Shown here: piece after piece, positions 61,409 through 64,000 of the stretch
How positions within the stretch are numbered: the stretch's first letter is position 1
Layout: every line of letters starts with the position of its first letter
Assembly (NCBI GenBank): GCA_047601445.1
Contig: JASGJH010000001.1
Coordinates: 4,224,001 to 4,288,000, forward strand
Origin: Myxococcales bacterium
GTDB lineage: Bacteria; Myxococcota_A; Polyangia; Polyangiales; DASUME01
Length of the DNA stretch: 64,000 nucleotides
Direction of reading: 5' to 3'
Position numbers and translations under genes: made by a program
Notes under the pieces: model-generated
What the model was told of the DNA's origin: nothing
Database searches by the model: none
The model's input: the letters and a program-made list of their open reading frames with translations, nothing else

Positions 61409-62401
61409 CTATGATGACGAATGCCACCGTTCCTGGCCGGTGCGCTCCACGCCAACGTTGGCTCGTGAGGGTCCACTCGTCAGGTTTCTGAGCAGGAACT
61501 CGCGCTCGTCTGCGACGATTCGCTCGAATCCCGCATCGGTGTAGTAATCGAAGTGCCCCAGCGGATAGCACACCAGCTGGACGTTGCGGCTGCGCAAAGC
61601 AGCCCGGACGGTAGCCGTCGCCGGCGCGATGGAGTCCTGCTCCGCGACCGCAACGAGCACAGGGACTCGTGCCTTGGCGAGCCGTAGCCCCGGTGCGTAG
61701 AAAGGTATGGTCAGGCCGATTCGTGCGCTCACCCGGTTCTGCCAGCGGCCCGAGGCTTCCACCTCCGGGGAAACTAGCTTCTGGTAGCCAGACTTCGAAT
61801 CCGGCGCGGACATCATGGCCAACTGACCAGGATGCCCAATCAAAGGAATATATGCCGGAGATCTCCCGAGCACGCCCCGCACCAAGTCGACGAGACCGGC
61901 CAAAAAAATACGAAGCGCCGTGAGCCAAGGAATTCTGAGTGCGCTGGCGAGACCGCTCGAGAAGGGGACCTGGGAAATGGCGGCCCGGATGCCGAGCTCT
62001 TCGGCGGCCAAGGTCATCACGTGCCCTCCTCCGAAGGAGGAGCCCCATATGCAGATTCGGCTCGGGTCGACGTTCGGAAGCGTACGTGCGAAGGCGATGG
62101 CTGCCCGGAAGTCTGCGAGCTGGCGCCGTATGGACAGAAGCTCACGCGGATAGCCCGAGCTCCCACCGTAGTGCCGATAGTCAAAGACAAGCACGGAGAT
62201 ACCCGCCTGATGGAACCGTCGCGCAAAGGCATCCAGACCGAGCTCGCGGGTCGCCCCGAAACCATGGGCCATCACGATGGCCGGGTGGAGGCCAGGCCCT
62301 CGCGCCGGGTACCACCAACCTGCGCAGCTCTCAGTGTCCACCTGAAAGCGCACTTCCTGACGCCCGCTGACATCACATGCTGTCGTCGTTCTGCTAACCA
62401 T
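61409..62401 (-). CDS. Alpha/beta hydrolase (CocE/S15-like)
   Basis: IVMAHGFG, FDYRHYGGS.G.PR, WGSSFGGGH, QDSIAP, GHFDYY. Confidence 0.9.
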   Translation of the reverse strand: MVSRTTTACDVSGRQEVRFQVDTESCAGWWYPARGPGLHPAIVMAHGFGATRELGLDAFARRFHQAGISVLVFDYRHYGGSSGYPRELLSIRRQLADFRAAIAFARTLPNVDPSRICIWGSSFGGGHVMTLAAEELGIRAAISQVPFSSGLASALRIPWLTALRIFLAGLVDLVRGVLGRSPAYIPLIGHPGQLAMMSAPDSKSGYQKLVSPEVEASGRWQNRVSARIGLTIPFYAPGLRLAKARVPVLVAVAEQDSIAPATATVRAALRSRNVQLVCYPLGHFDYYTDAGFERIVADEREFLLRNLTSGPSRANVGVERTGQERWHSSS

Positions 62402-62478
62402 GTCCGGCTCCCTCTCGGGCTCACGGGAGTGTCCCATGACACCTCCAGCGCCCGTCCGCTGCACACCTCGAGATCTGA

Positions 62479-63489
62479 TCATTTCGCAACCAGGCCAAGC
62501 TCCCGTAGAAATGTCAGCTCCTCGGTGATCACATCGCCGAACAGAGGGCCGCTATACACATCGAAGTGACCGCCGCGAACCTCGTAGAGTCGCGCGCCCG
62601 TCGCGTTGGCGAACTCGCGAGCGGGCGCAGCGGGGGCGACCTGGTCATCCGTCGCAACCACCACGAGTACGGGTGGTTGTTCAGTTCGTTTCACGCTGTC
62701 GGGACTGTAGTTCGGCAGCTGCAACACGAAGCGGGCAGGAGTCTCGTTGGTCCACGGCGCGCCCCGAGGAAACAACGCAAGATACGCATCTCTCGTTCCG
62801 GGTTGAGTCATCAGCGCTATATCACCAGGGAGACCCACGAATGGAATGGTCACCGTCCTCTGCGCGCCGTCGGCGGTCGAGCTGACAGCTAACCCGGCCA
62901 CGTTACCAGTGTCGGAAGCTGCAGACGACGCGGGGCCGTTCACATGGGGCACCTGGGAGATCACCGCGGCCACGCCAGGCAATGTGGCGCTGACGGTCAG
63001 TACATGACCGCCAGAGAACGACGTCCCCCAGAGGATGAGCTTGGCGGGGTCGATGCCAGACAGGCCGGTGGCGTACGCAATGGCCGCACGCCAGTCCTCG
63101 AGCTGATGGTCCACATCCACGAGTTGGCGAGGCTCGCCCTCGCTCTCGCCGAAGTGGCGATAGTCGAACGCAAGCACGGTCACGCCCGCCGCGACGAATC
63201 GCTCGATGAACGGCGGAAGTCCCGCTGACACGAGCAGACCGAGACCATGCGCCATGACCATCACCGAACCATTGGCTGCGCCTGAACGCCAAACCTGGCC
63301 AGACACACGCTGATTGCCCACGAGGAAGGACACTTTCTCAGTCTTCGAATCCGAGCCCTCAGCTCCATTTCCGCCTGTGTCGCTGTCTTCCTGCGCACCC
63401 ATCGTGTCACCGACTGCACCAACTTGGCTCCCATCAGAGCATCCGAGCAGCAAGAACATCACAGCTAGAAGACGATAAGCTCTGGGCAT
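62479..63489 (-). CDS. Alpha/beta hydrolase lipoprotein, tandem paralog of 61409-62401
   Basis: LLGC lipobox; VMAHGLG, FDYRHFGESEGEPR, WGTSFSGGH, DDQVAP, GHFDVY. Confidence 0.9.
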   Translation of the reverse strand: MPRAYRLLAVMFLLLGCSDGSQVGAVGDTMGAQEDSDTGGNGAEGSDSKTEKVSFLVGNQRVSGQVWRSGAANGSVMVMAHGLGLLVSAGLPPFIERFVAAGVTVLAFDYRHFGESEGEPRQLVDVDHQLEDWRAAIAYATGLSGIDPAKLILWGTSFSGGHVLTVSATLPGVAAVISQVPHVNGPASSAASDTGNVAGLAVSSTADGAQRTVTIPFVGLPGDIALMTQPGTRDAYLALFPRGAPWTNETPARFVLQLPNYSPDSVKRTEQPPVLVVVATDDQVAPAAPAREFANATGARLYEVRGGHFDVYSGPLFGDVITEELTFLRELGLVAK

Positions 63490-63596
63490 GTGCTTTCTCC
63501 GTGCGTAAGTAAGGAACTCATAGGCGACGCGTCCGCGAAAGTTCGGATGAGACCCTGCCAGGACGCGCACGGCGAGGGTTCGTCGGGGCGGATCGC

Positions 63597-63998
63597 TCAG
63601 GGGCAGCGTTGTGCGCAGACGCTTCCGATGACGGGGAGTCCAGTGATGCAGTTGCCCCTTAGCCCCATCGTGGTGCACACCGCGCCCGTCGTCGTGCACG
63701 CAGGGTCTCGTGGCGGTGCCGTATAAACTCCGCTGTTGATGGTGCACGATTTCTCGGCGATTACCTCGTTACCGAGAACCGACGTGGTGGTGCACATGAA
63801 CCCGCCAGACGTGGGGCACGGAGCAGTAGTACCAGCATCGCCCAAGTTCGGGATGCCGCCATCGGTGATGTCCACGATGAGCTCGCTGACGGTCTTGCAT
63901 TGTCCAGTCGGCTTCGCGTCGTCGGAGCACTTCTGGTATGTCTGGCCCCCCTCGCAGCGCGCATATTGGCCGTCGAGCATCGGAAGAGAAATACACAC
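63597..63998 (-). CDS. Cys-rich secreted protein, C-terminal part (5' end outside window)
   Basis: Open frame with many Cys and a DGG/DAG linker like other local lipoproteins. Confidence 0.55.
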   Translation of the reverse strand: MCISLPMLDGQYARCEGGQTYQKCSDDAKPTGQCKTVSELIVDITDGGIPNLGDAGTTAPCPTSGGFMCTTTSVLGNEVIAEKSCTINSGVYTAPPRDPACTTTGAVCTTMGLRGNCITGLPVIGSVCAQRCP

Positions 63999-64000
63999 AT

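Overview
GC-rich bacterial DNA. The gene content points to a myxobacterium (Polyangiales/Sandaracinaceae-like; inference): many lipoproteins with acidic GDGD/DGG linkers, Cys-rich secreted proteins, a Ser/Thr kinase-ATPase and an ECF sigma/anti-sigma cassette. About 50 CDS are supported. I found no rRNA, tRNA, CRISPR array, transposase or integrase. The most striking structure is a ~14.5 kb signalling island (42.8-57.3 kb). It holds two diverged paralogous copies of an apparent trans-envelope module (outer-membrane beta-barrel + small periplasmic-binding-protein-like protein + membrane hybrid histidine kinase with 2 REC and HPt), pointing outward around further two-component genes. Other notable items: a lipoprotein fusing a c-type cytochrome to a complete DBH/PHM-type copper monooxygenase; a PETase-like (GWSMGG) and a Pseudomonas-cutinase-like lipoprotein among six alpha/beta hydrolases; a glycosyltransferase between a Ser-Gly-repeat lipoprotein and an EGF lipoprotein; and glpR-glpD with visible GlpR-type operators. 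Three genes are split by +1 frameshifts, one has an in-frame TAG and one lacks a canonical start; these may be sequencing or assembly errors. Product calls come from motif recognition only; no database search was run.
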